From the NCBI GenBank assembly GCA_963752255.1, contig CAVVXT010000001.1, positions 1 through 54,406 of the forward strand: 54,406 bases of DNA, read 5' to 3'. Shown piece after piece: positions 41,776 through 51,384 of this stretch (positions are counted from its first letter, which is position 1; each line of letters opens with the position of its first letter). A model generated the notes under the pieces. That model was not told where the DNA came from, made no database searches, and saw only the letters and a program-made list of their open reading frames with translations. Source of the stretch: Nitrososphaeria archaeon. Lineage in GTDB: Archaea; Thermoproteota; Nitrososphaeria; JACIWG01. The position numbers and the translations under genes were made by a program.

Positions 41776-44055
41776 TTATGAACAGGCGCTGTAACCGCAC
41801 GCTGGACAGCTTAGGCATCCTTCTGAATATTGTACAGGCGCACCGCACTCAGGGCAGGTCGGTGGCATACCGTTGAGAAAGTCTTTGCGCTCAACGTTCG
41901 CATCATCGCTTGAATCTTTCTCCTCACCCCTTCTTGATGAGGATTCAGAATATTTCAGCAGAGATTCCTGTTCTTTGAGTCGTCCGTCAAGACGCATTTC
42001 CATAGTTAACGATATCGCATGTGAGCATGAAAGAACCTGTACACCTTCACTCCAAGTCGGGATAGGACACCTTATGCCTTTAAGCTGTTCAACGATCGCT
42101 CGAGGGTCGACACCGCTTCTTAAAGAAAGCGAGATGAGCCTGCTAAGGCCTTCAGCGAAACTATTCATACATCCACCAGACTTACCCATGGTCGTGAAGA
42201 CTTCGCATAAACCGTTTTCATCTTCGTTAATTGTGACATACAGGTTGCCGCAGCCTGTCCGAATCTTGTACGTGAATCCTCTTGTGATCGGAGGGCGATC
42301 CCTAGGCTTAGTCATAGTCTTCTCTTTCGATTCGCCGAGGCCGAAGCTTATTACCTGAGTGTCTTTGCTTTTATCTCGATAGATTGTTACACCCTTACAT
42401 CCCAGATCGTGCGCTAAAAGGTATATCCTTGCCACGTCTTCTTTGGTCGCATCGCTTTCAAGATTAACTGTCTTGGACACCGCGTTATCGACATATTTCT
42501 GGAACGCGGCCTGTATTCTGACATGCGTCTCCGGAGCGATGTCATGAGCGCTCACAAAGATTTTCTGGACATCTTCAGGTATAGACTCCATCCCTCTTAC
42601 AGAGCCTTTTTCAGCAACTTTCTTCATAACATCTTCAGTGTAGAAACCCTTTGCTCTAGCATATTTTTCAAAGTGCGGGTTGACTTCAACTAAATCGGTT
42701 CCATCGAGCACATGCTTGACGTAGACGACAGAGAAGATGGGCTCGATGCCGCTTGAACAGTTTGCGATCATGCTTATTGTACCGGTAGGAGCGATGGTAG
42801 TAAGAGTAGCGTTCCTCAAATACGGATACTTACCGAAAAATGTGCTCTTCTCAAAATTGGGAAAACTCCCCTTATCCTTCCCCAAAGCCACCGAACAAGC
42901 TCTAGCCTCATCTGAAACAAATCTCATGACATCATCCGCTACTTTAAGAGCTTCATCGCTGTCGTAAGCAATCCCCAAAAGAATCAGCATATCAGCGAAC
43001 CCCATCACACCTAAACCAATCTTCCTGTTTCCCTTGGTCATCTGCTCAATCTCCTCCAAAGGATACCTGTTCATATCAATCACATCATCGAGGAAGCGCA
43101 CCGAAGACCAGACAACCCTCCTTAACCTATCAAAATCGATCACAAACCTACCCTCCACTTCACTAACCATCAAAGCAAGATTGATTGATCCCAAATTACA
43201 TGACTCATAAGGGAAAAGTGGCTGTTCTCCACATGGGTTTGTGCTCTCTATCTGCGCTATGGACTGCAGGGGGTTTGCTTTGTTTATCTGGTCAATGAAG
43301 ATTATCCCTGGGTCGCCGGTGGTCCACGCTGTTTCCACTATTAGGTTAAAGATGTCCTTCGCTTTCTCATTCTTTGTAGGCTGGTTTGTTCTCGGGTTTA
43401 TTAGTTGATATTCTTCATCAACTCTCATCTTCTTCATGAAATCATCGGTGACTGATACGGAAATGTTAAAATTCGGGAACGACCTCCTATCAAGTTTACA
43501 TGTAACAAAAGATCTAATGTCTGGATGGTCGATTCTGAGAACACCCATATTTGCGCCTCTTCTTGTGCCACCTTGTTTTATTGCTTCAGTAGCGGAGTCA
43601 AACACTCTCATAAAAGAGACTGGGCCGCTTGATACACCTCTTGTTGACTTGACGATGTCGTTAGCAGGTCTAAGCCTTGAAAAAGAGAAACCTGTTCCGC
43701 CACCACTTTTATGGATGAGCGCCGCATTCTTTATTGCGTCAAAAATGCCTTCCATTGAATCTTCGACAGGAAGGACAAAGCATGCTGATAGTTGTCCAAG
43801 CGGGCGTCCGGCGTTCATCAAAGTCGGGCTGTTAGGTAAAAATTCTAGATCAGCCATCATCCTGTAGAATTCATTTCCTAGAAGACCGATCTCCTCATCA
43901 TTTTTTCCGTATAATTTTTCGGCTGAAGCAACGGTCTTAGCTACGCGTAAGAACATTTCTTCTGGGGTCTCGATAGTCTTCCCATTTTCATCTTTTGCCA
44001 AATATCTTTTCTCTAAAATGGTCAGCGAGTTATCGGAGAGTTTTATTTGTTCCAA
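41776..44055 (-). CDS. nrdJ: Class II (B12-dependent) ribonucleotide reductase with C-terminal TSCPD domain and Zn ribbon
   Basis: PNSPTLMNAG, SACFV, TNPCGEQ, CNLGSINL, IAPTGTIS, GCGNLYVT, CPECG...EGCLSCPACGYS. Confidence 0.95.
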   Translation of the reverse strand: MEQIKLSDNSLTILEKRYLAKDENGKTIETPEEMFLRVAKTVASAEKLYGKNDEEIGLLGNEFYRMMADLEFLPNSPTLMNAGRPLGQLSACFVLPVEDSMEGIFDAIKNAALIHKSGGGTGFSFSRLRPANDIVKSTRGVSSGPVSFMRVFDSATEAIKQGGTRRGANMGVLRIDHPDIRSFVTCKLDRRSFPNFNISVSVTDDFMKKMRVDEEYQLINPRTNQPTKNEKAKDIFNLIVETAWTTGDPGIIFIDQINKANPLQSIAQIESTNPCGEQPLFPYESCNLGSINLALMVSEVEGRFVIDFDRLRRVVWSSVRFLDDVIDMNRYPLEEIEQMTKGNRKIGLGVMGFADMLILLGIAYDSDEALKVADDVMRFVSDEARACSVALGKDKGSFPNFEKSTFFGKYPYLRNATLTTIAPTGTISMIANCSSGIEPIFSVVYVKHVLDGTDLVEVNPHFEKYARAKGFYTEDVMKKVAEKGSVRGMESIPEDVQKIFVSAHDIAPETHVRIQAAFQKYVDNAVSKTVNLESDATKEDVARIYLLAHDLGCKGVTIYRDKSKDTQVISFGLGESKEKTMTKPRDRPPITRGFTYKIRTGCGNLYVTINEDENGLCEVFTTMGKSGGCMNSFAEGLSRLISLSLRSGVDPRAIVEQLKGIRCPIPTWSEGVQVLSCSHAISLTMEMRLDGRLKEQESLLKYSESSSRRGEEKDSSDDANVERKDFLNGMPPTCPECGAPVQYSEGCLSCPACGYSACS

Positions 44056-44442
44056 GCAAATCTGAACGTCTGCTATGTGGCATAATTAACTTTTGTGTTA
44101 GGAATAATTGACTAAAATTACATAAGAACATTCTTGGTTGGTCTGGTGGGTAAAAAAGTTTTGATAAAAATTACTAATACTAATGGAAAGACATTTATAT
44201 TTCAGAAAAATGTGATAAATTGCAAGATTTCTGTATCTTCTCCAAGTATAAACCAAATGGAAATATTTATTTTTTTTAATTTCCATCACAGTTAATAAGT
44301 AAAAGGATTATCCAACTATAAGTCTAAACTTGTATCACCTAATTAAGTATGTATAACATATTTGGTTACATTACATCGTTCGGAATTGACTTTTTTTATG
44401 CCCGTCCTTTTTGGCCTAAACATGTACGATCAAATTCTTAAG

Positions 44443-45508
44443 CTAAACTTGAATTCTTGCCTTCTGAAATGCCAAAGCTACACCTTCGTTAGTTAAAACT
44501 CCGATAACTTTGGTTGCATCAGATCTGTCAACTACGGGTACAAGATCTAGCTTTTCCTGTTGCATAACCTTATAAGCTTCTGTTACTGGCTCGTCCCAGA
44601 AGACAAACTTTCTTTAACGGAAACTGGTTCAATCGTAATCCATTCCTCTCTTCAGGCTTTTTCTTCATGATTTCTTCCCAACTCACTACCCCCTGCATAA
44701 TGTTATCCTTCATCACAATTATATCATGGTATCTTGCTTTGAACATGATTTCTACAGCTTCCGCAAGTGTTGTTTCTGGGTTAGATGCGGCCACTTCGGT
44801 GTACATAACGTCTATTACTCTTATATTCTTCATAGACTTGGATAGGATTGTCGATTCGGTTTCTTCTGCTGCACCTACATATACAAACAAACCGATTATA
44901 ATCAACCAGAAATTTGTGAAGGCTCCAAGGAAAGCCATTGTTATACCAAGAAATTTTCCGATAGTAGCCGCGTACCTTGTTGCGTCTGAAAAATCCATTC
45001 TTTCAGCCAGAATTGCTCTAAGCACCCTTCCACCATCCATTGGGAATGCAGGAATTAGGTTAAATGCTGCTAAAACAATGTTTATAGCCCCTAGGTCTAG
45101 AGGAAGATTTTTGGTGGGAGTCAAATTTAAGAGAGAAAAGGAAGGGAGTTTCCCACCGAACATAACCAGTCCAAGTGTTAGTAATAGTAGACCCAAAATA
45201 AGGCTTGTTAAAGGTCCAGCGATAGCCATCCTCCATTCCACTCTCGGATTGTCTGGAATCTGATCTATTTGAGATGCCCCCCCAATGGGGTAAAGGACAA
45301 TCTTTCTAACTCTTATACCATAATGTCTCGCAACCATTGAATGAGATACTTCGTGTGCCAAAACCGAAATAAAAAGAAATACTGTGAGGATGAAAAGGTA
45401 AAGGTCCGGATAGGAAAAAATGCGCACAAAAACCATTAACAATATAAATGTGATATGAAGTTCTATAGGAATACCCCAGATAGTTATGACTCTAAATGAA
45501 TACTTCAC
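44443..45508 (-). CDS. Site-2 protease (M50) with CBS pair, one frameshift near 44590
   Basis: HEVSH, AGP, NLIPAFPMDGGR; second CBS domain EAYKVM...LVPVV...VIGVLT in the shifted frame to TAG at 44443. Confidence 0.9.
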
Positions 45509-45630
45509 GAATAATATAGGTCTAATAAATTTATAAGTCTTTCGAATCTTCAGAAGTTTTCTAGATTTAAAGCGATTTATATAGATAAATTAAAAATTTT
45601 TCTATTAGACATTCCTATCTCAATCCCTCA

Positions 45631-46521
45631 TCAGTGTTCGTTAGCGGCTTTCGGATAGTTTTCGTCTTCAAGCTGGAAGGTAGTATGATCTATCCCAAAG
45701 TCTTTCTTCAATTCATTAATCAGATCTGAAATTAAACGCTTTCTGTCCACGTTTTGGTTTACAACAATGTGGCAGCTTAAACAGCATGTTTTGTTCGGAG
45801 CAATGCACCAGACGTGAAGATCGTGCACACTAATCACACCATCCATCTCAGAAATCTTCTTTTCAAGCCAGTTTATGTCAACCCCTTGGGGGACTCCTTC
45901 TAGGAGAATGTTAAGAGATTCAAGGATCAGCTTACCTGAACTATAGAAGATCAAGACGCCAATCATTATGCTTATCAGGGCATCTGCCTGATACCAACCT
46001 GTTAACAGCATCACTACACCTGCCGAAATAGCACCTATAGAACCCAAAACATCAGACATAACATGCAAGAAAGCCGCTCTAATATTCAAGCTCGAAGTCT
46101 TGGTCCTTGAGATAACTAGTGCGGAAAGGCCATTTGCGCCCAAGCCGAGAATTGCGATAATCAACATGCTTAGGCTTTTAACCTGTTGTGGCTCTTGAAT
46201 ACGTTGAATGGCTTCAAATATGATAAATATAACAATCCCCCAAAGGAAAATACCATTGAGGAAGCCCGCAATTATTTCTGCTCGATAATATCCGTAAGTT
46301 TTTCTGATCGTGGCAGGCCTTGTAGCAATCCATGCAGCTGTAATTGAGAAGGCAAGGCCGAAGACATCGTTCAACATGTGCCATGCGTCAGTCGTCAGGG
46401 CTAAGCTGTTTGTGAGAATACCACCTACAAGTTCAATTACGAAGAAGACAGCCGTGATGCCCAACGCTATACCTAAATTTCTTGTACTGTCTGGTGGGCA
46501 GGAGGTTTCCTGCATCTTCAA
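45631..46521 (-). CDS. czcD: Cation diffusion facilitator (CzcD-like Zn/Co/Cd exporter)
   Basis: DAWHMLND, TYGYYRAE, AFLHVMSD, HDLHVW, HTTFQLE. Confidence 0.9.
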   Translation of the reverse strand: MKMQETSCPPDSTRNLGIALGITAVFFVIELVGGILTNSLALTTDAWHMLNDVFGLAFSITAAWIATRPATIRKTYGYYRAEIIAGFLNGIFLWGIVIFIIFEAIQRIQEPQQVKSLSMLIIAILGLGANGLSALVISRTKTSSLNIRAAFLHVMSDVLGSIGAISAGVVMLLTGWYQADALISIMIGVLIFYSSGKLILESLNILLEGVPQGVDINWLEKKISEMDGVISVHDLHVWCIAPNKTCCLSCHIVVNQNVDRKRLISDLINELKKDFGIDHTTFQLEDENYPKAANEH

Positions 46522-46678
46522 TACGCCGTAGAAATGAATACCCTTCAGTGGTTATTAAACTTGAATCTTAATTCAGTTCAATTAGCTCTTTACTTTTATG
46601 TGCGTTTCCGTTAGGCGATGTCGAAGCTTTAGATCCCAAAAACTTTTTTAAAGAAGTGAGCCCTCGAAATATTCTGCG

Positions 46679-47095
46679 ATGGGAAGGGAAACACCAAGCG
46701 TTTTCAAGAAGATACCTAAAAAGGAGAAAAGCGATCTTATTGCGGCAATAAAAGGTAAGAAATATTGGAACGTTTCTGAAGAAGACAAGAACTACGTCTA
46801 TGTAGTTGCACTGTCGAGAGCTAGAGAGAAAGCTCCAGTCGGATATTATGCGAAGACTTCCGCTCATGGGAAGGTTCAGGTGATTCCAGAAGCGGCAAAA
46901 TATTGTAGGAAATATAGAATATTAATTTTAGACCTTGAGAATCGTTCTGCGTTTTCGGTGTTGACTTGGATGGCATTCACAAGAATAATGAGAAGAAACG
47001 ATGAATTAGTTAAGATGCTCATTAAGAGCGGGCTGACTCCTCCTTATATTAACAGGAAGGTTCTTAGGGAACTCTCTGAAAAATGTCTGAAGTAG
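46679..47095 (+). CDS. Hypothetical basic protein
   Basis: 138-aa ATG ORF filling the intergenic space; no recognised motif. Confidence 0.65.
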   Translation: MGRETPSVFKKIPKKEKSDLIAAIKGKKYWNVSEEDKNYVYVVALSRAREKAPVGYYAKTSAHGKVQVIPEAAKYCRKYRILILDLENRSAFSVLTWMAFTRIMRRNDELVKMLIKSGLTPPYINRKVLRELSEKCLK

Positions 47096-47457
47096 AGGTA
47101 AAAAATAAAAAGGAATTAATATTATTCATATCCATTTAAAAGACTTTTTTTCGTTAAATGTAAAACGATAATTTAACCTAAACTATTAAATTAATCAATA
47201 TAAAAATATATTTTGTTTGAAAGGATAACTTTTTTAGTAAGGTTTCTAACAATATATGTTTGGAGCTAAAATACGTTCTGGGTGAATCAAATAATATGGC
47301 TGAAAAAATGGTTAGCAATAAATCTGATATCATATGGAGTGGTAAACCTTGGATGCTGATGAAACATACATTTCTTGTGTCTCTTTGAAATTAAATTGGT
47401 TCCATATTATATTGTAACTTTGTGGATTGAAAATATATATTCATGAAGAGTGCAAAC

Positions 47458-48051
47458 TTATCGCAACATTTCGTTTAATTTGATGAAATCATGTTCTAAA
47501 ATTTTTAAATTTTTTGGGTCATAAAGGGCCGCAGCTGGATGTATAGTTGGGAGAAGTGAAAATTTCCTTGAATCTCTCTGGAATTCATAAATCTGACCTC
47601 TCACAGATAAAATTCCTCCTGCGACGATTCCAGCCTTTGACAAAAAATAGATCGTTGAATATCTTCCCAAGCTTGAAACAATCTGCGGCTTAACTATGCT
47701 TAATTGCCTTTCCAAGTAAGGGGTGCAAGTCTCAATCTCCAATTGGGAAGGACCCCTGTTTTCAGGTGGCCGGCATTTGACAATATTCGTAATGTAAACG
47801 TTTTCGCGCCTAATACCAAGCGTCTGTTCAATCATTTTAGTAAGAAGTTTTCCGGCAGCCCCGACAAAAGGTCTGCCCTCTAAATCTTCGTGATATCCAG
47901 GTGCCTCGCCTACAAACATCAATTTAGCGTTAGAATCTCCCTCCCCTGGAACGGCGAGAGTTCGAGACAGGTGAAGAGGACATTTAATGCAGCCTCTTAC
48001 TTCCTTTTCCAGTTGTCTTAACATATACCTATTAGGCAATATATAATGCAT
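47458..48051 (-). CDS. udg: Family 4 uracil-DNA glycosylase
   Basis: CxxC, GEAPG, PFVGAAG, KCRPPENR, HPAA. Confidence 0.93.
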   Translation of the reverse strand: MHYILPNRYMLRQLEKEVRGCIKCPLHLSRTLAVPGEGDSNAKLMFVGEAPGYHEDLEGRPFVGAAGKLLTKMIEQTLGIRRENVYITNIVKCRPPENRGPSQLEIETCTPYLERQLSIVKPQIVSSLGRYSTIYFLSKAGIVAGGILSVRGQIYEFQRDSRKFSLLPTIHPAAALYDPKNLKILEHDFIKLNEMLR

Positions 48052-48189
48052 ATTATAATCATTCCCCCGGGGAGAACCTTGATAATGTTTAGTTTATGAA
48101 AAATTTTTTTTCACTTTTTTGAATTAGATAAGGTTGGATAAATTTATAAAAGGTTAAAAGATAGAAATGCAAGGTGCTGTTTACCCTTT

Positions 48190-51165
48190 ATGGAAGAAGA
48201 TAAGCCACTCAATGCTGGTAAAGGGGAAGTATCTAGCATATCTAAAGATAAGTCGATTGGGGGATCTAGCACAGATTTTGAACAAGGGTTATCCCAAAAT
48301 GAGGCTGAAAAGAGACTCCAAGAATTTGGCTTAAACGCCGTACCAAAAATAAGACCCAACTTGTTCAGGTCATACGTCTCTCCCTTAATGAATTGGCTTA
48401 TTAGTATCTATTTGATAATCAGCATAATCTTAGCCTTACTTGCTTTTTTTATACGACCGAGAATTTATGGCCAGGTGTTTCTATGGCTTATTGTGATCGC
48501 GATCAACGCGGTCCTGATAATTATACAGCACTTCAGAGCCCAGATCAATCTGGAGGCGCTTCAGAAACTTTCTCCGCCGGAGAGTAAGGTGATTCGAGAC
48601 GGAAAGATTGTCGTAATACCCTCTGAGCAGATAGTTCCAGGCGACATTATCATGCTTAGTGCAGGGGATAAAGTTCCAGCAGATGCTAGAATTATTTCTT
48701 CTCCATACCTTAAAGTAAACGAAGCAGCACTTACAGGTGAGTCTGAGGAAGTTGAGAAATGCGCTGACAACACTACGGAAGTTACACATATTACATCCAA
48801 CTCATCAAATCTTATCTTCTTAGGAACTTGGGTGACCGCAGGTTCAGCAAAAGTTGCTGTTTTAAAAACAGGCAAGGAAACTGAACTTGCAAAAATTTCA
48901 AGAAATGTAGAAAAAAGGAATGTGATGCAAACAACTTTACAGACAAAAATAAATAAAATAGCAAAATATTTGGGATTCGCGGTTCTCGCCTATCTAGCTA
49001 TTGCACTTGTACATCAAGTAGTTCTCATATATGTAAACCACATTCTCCATCAGAATATCGTGTATAACGTTGACCTTATCGCAAGAACTGTAGAGAGAAA
49101 TCTAACAACAGCGATGAGTATTATGCCAATCAATATTCCACTTCTAACTACAATTACACTTCTAACAGGTGCAATAGCGATGGCCAAGCATAAGGTTATA
49201 ATACGGGATTTGAATTCGATAGAGAGCCTTGGCAGAGTTTCCATAGTGTGCGCAGACAAAACAGGAACAATGACAAAAAATGAAATGACAGTAAAATGGA
49301 TATGTTTTCCTTCTACCGAAAGCAACGATTTACTTTATGGTGTAACTGGGAGTGGATATGAATCTGAAGGCAAAATTATAGAAATAAATGAAAGCATTGG
49401 ATTAAAAGATATTGCAGCACAAACTCCTGAAACGATAGGTGTAAATGTAGTGAGTATACATTCAGGAATGTTGCTTGAACATCTTCTTGTTTCAGGAATG
49501 CTCAACAATGATTCCACGTCTGTTATAAGTAGGTCATCTGCTTCGGTAGCAGAAAAAGAAAAACCAGTTGTTAAGGTAATTGGTGATGCAACTGATTCTT
49601 CATTGTCGATCTTGTTTGACAAGTCAGGATTAAATTTGGAAGAATATAAGTTACAGTTTAAAGAAATACTTTCTTTCCCGTTTGACTCAAACTTAAAGTG
49701 CATGAGCAAGGTTTTTGTGAATAAAGATGGTGGGTACGTTACTTTTACAAAAGGTGCTACTGAGACCATTTTACCGATGTGCAATTTTATTGTTGAGGAT
49801 GCAATAAATAACGTGCGAGAATTTAAAGGCAGAGATAAGGAGACAATCTTTAAGAAGGCTAACATCCTTGCTTCTTTCGGATACAGGATTATCTCGTTTG
49901 CTTTTAGGAAATCTGGAACCCTAGAAACAATTCAAAGAGAAAGGAACTCGATAGAAAGGGATTTAACTTACTTGGGATTTATAGCTATCTCAGATCCATT
50001 AAGGGAAGATGTCCATGAATCTGTAGCAGAAGCGAAGGATGCAGGAATCAGGACGGTCATGGTAACCGGTGACAATCCAACAACGGCGAAGACGATAGCT
50101 GAACAAGCAGGAATATTTAACCAAAACGATTTGATTACTGAAGGGCAAAGTTTAGAGTCGCTTTCAGAAGATGAATTTATCAGAACTTCAGTATTTGCCA
50201 GAATCTCTCCTGAACACAAAAAGATAATTGTGGACCATTATAAAAGGCTAGGGGACGTTGTAGCCGTAACAGGTGACGGAGTAAATGATGTAATTGCACT
50301 TTCGGAAGCAGACGTCGGCGTCGCTATGGGTGTTACCGGAACAGACGTTGCTAAAGAATCTGCTGATATGATCGTATCCGACGATTCGTTCAGTACCATT
50401 ATCACAGGAATACGTGAAGGCAGAGGGCTGTTCGAAAAAATTCGTACCATAATTTTCTTCTACATCGCCGTAAACCTTGCAGAAGCTTTAGTTTATTTTG
50501 GGGCTTCCTTTTTATCCGGTTTCTATCTACTAAACGCCTATCAACAGATATATATTTTTATGACCGCTCACTCCATCCCGCCTTTTGCGATACTAATAGA
50601 GCAACTGAGCTTAGGGATCATGAAAGAGAAACCGAGGAAAACGGAGGATATATTCACCAAGAGACTCATCATCGCTCTACTTCTCTTCTCAATTTCATTG
50701 GCGTTCATGCTTTTTGTTACATACTACGCAACGATATCCGGTCTAATACCTGTTTTTGCAGTGAACAAGTTAGGATATGTCCCTAACTTTAGCGCATCCA
50801 ATTTCTTGAATCCGATCGATTGGGCTCAGGCAAAAGCTCGAACAATGTTGCTTACTGTCGTACTTATCGCGGAATGCACGCTAGTTATTTCTTTAAGAAG
50901 AATAAACGAGTCAATATTTAAAATACTAAGGGAAAACAACTATTGGGTTATTTGGCTTTTAATATTATCTGTTCCAATAGCCCATTTGACGCTGATGTAT
51001 ATACCATCTATTCAATCAATTTTGTTTAATTATTTTGGCATCAATTTAGAGATAATCCGTCTCTCATTCATTGACTGGATAGTTGTCATCGTCTTGGGGT
51101 TGATGCCTGTGACGGTACTGGAAGTGTATAAGATGAAGCTCAAAAGGCAGGGGCTTTTCTTTTAA
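48190..51165 (+). CDS. P-type ATPase, P2-like scaffold with atypical transport site
   Basis: TGES, DKTGT, KGA, TGD, TGDGVND; about 10 TM segments; M4 reads MPINIP. Confidence 0.92.
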   Translation: MEEDKPLNAGKGEVSSISKDKSIGGSSTDFEQGLSQNEAEKRLQEFGLNAVPKIRPNLFRSYVSPLMNWLISIYLIISIILALLAFFIRPRIYGQVFLWLIVIAINAVLIIIQHFRAQINLEALQKLSPPESKVIRDGKIVVIPSEQIVPGDIIMLSAGDKVPADARIISSPYLKVNEAALTGESEEVEKCADNTTEVTHITSNSSNLIFLGTWVTAGSAKVAVLKTGKETELAKISRNVEKRNVMQTTLQTKINKIAKYLGFAVLAYLAIALVHQVVLIYVNHILHQNIVYNVDLIARTVERNLTTAMSIMPINIPLLTTITLLTGAIAMAKHKVIIRDLNSIESLGRVSIVCADKTGTMTKNEMTVKWICFPSTESNDLLYGVTGSGYESEGKIIEINESIGLKDIAAQTPETIGVNVVSIHSGMLLEHLLVSGMLNNDSTSVISRSSASVAEKEKPVVKVIGDATDSSLSILFDKSGLNLEEYKLQFKEILSFPFDSNLKCMSKVFVNKDGGYVTFTKGATETILPMCNFIVEDAINNVREFKGRDKETIFKKANILASFGYRIISFAFRKSGTLETIQRERNSIERDLTYLGFIAISDPLREDVHESVAEAKDAGIRTVMVTGDNPTTAKTIAEQAGIFNQNDLITEGQSLESLSEDEFIRTSVFARISPEHKKIIVDHYKRLGDVVAVTGDGVNDVIALSEADVGVAMGVTGTDVAKESADMIVSDDSFSTIITGIREGRGLFEKIRTIIFFYIAVNLAEALVYFGASFLSGFYLLNAYQQIYIFMTAHSIPPFAILIEQLSLGIMKEKPRKTEDIFTKRLIIALLLFSISLAFMLFVTYYATISGLIPVFAVNKLGYVPNFSASNFLNPIDWAQAKARTMLLTVVLIAECTLVISLRRINESIFKILRENNYWVIWLLILSVPIAHLTLMYIPSIQSILFNYFGINLEIIRLSFIDWIVVIVLGLMPVTVLEVYKMKLKRQGLFF

Positions 51166-51384
51166 GGTTTCCCAAAACATAAAGACACCTTAAGAACCAA
51201 GAACATTGGACTCTTGATCAAACTTTCTCCATCAGACTTGGGTGTGCTAACCTAAGAGATGAATTCTAAGTTTAATGAATTCAATTCTTCTGATTAATTT
51301 TAAACCATTAAACGGTTCCGTAGACTTTTGTACATGAAGTTCAGGCATACTTTGAGGAAAGGCTTTTACCCTATCTTTAGATTC

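Noticed and set aside
14716-43867. Many antisense ORFs of 60-270 aa overlapping conserved genes
   Set aside because: Shadow frames opposite well-supported CDSs, with no motifs of their own.
34252-44055. Inteins in Rpo1, Rpo2 or NrdJ
   Set aside because: Protein lengths are normal and motifs are contiguous at the usual insertion sites.
44056-44440. AT-rich spacer (also 47096-47457) as a replication origin
   Set aside because: No ORB-like repeats with G-strings and no adjacent cdc6/orc1 gene.
10420-44600. Single frameshifts in the permease, acdA, aldo-keto reductase, aldolase and S2P genes as programmed frameshifting or phase variation
   Set aside because: They sit mostly in short homopolymer runs in unrelated genes with otherwise intact motifs, and share no slippery heptamer or hairpin. 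Long-read indel error is the simpler explanation.
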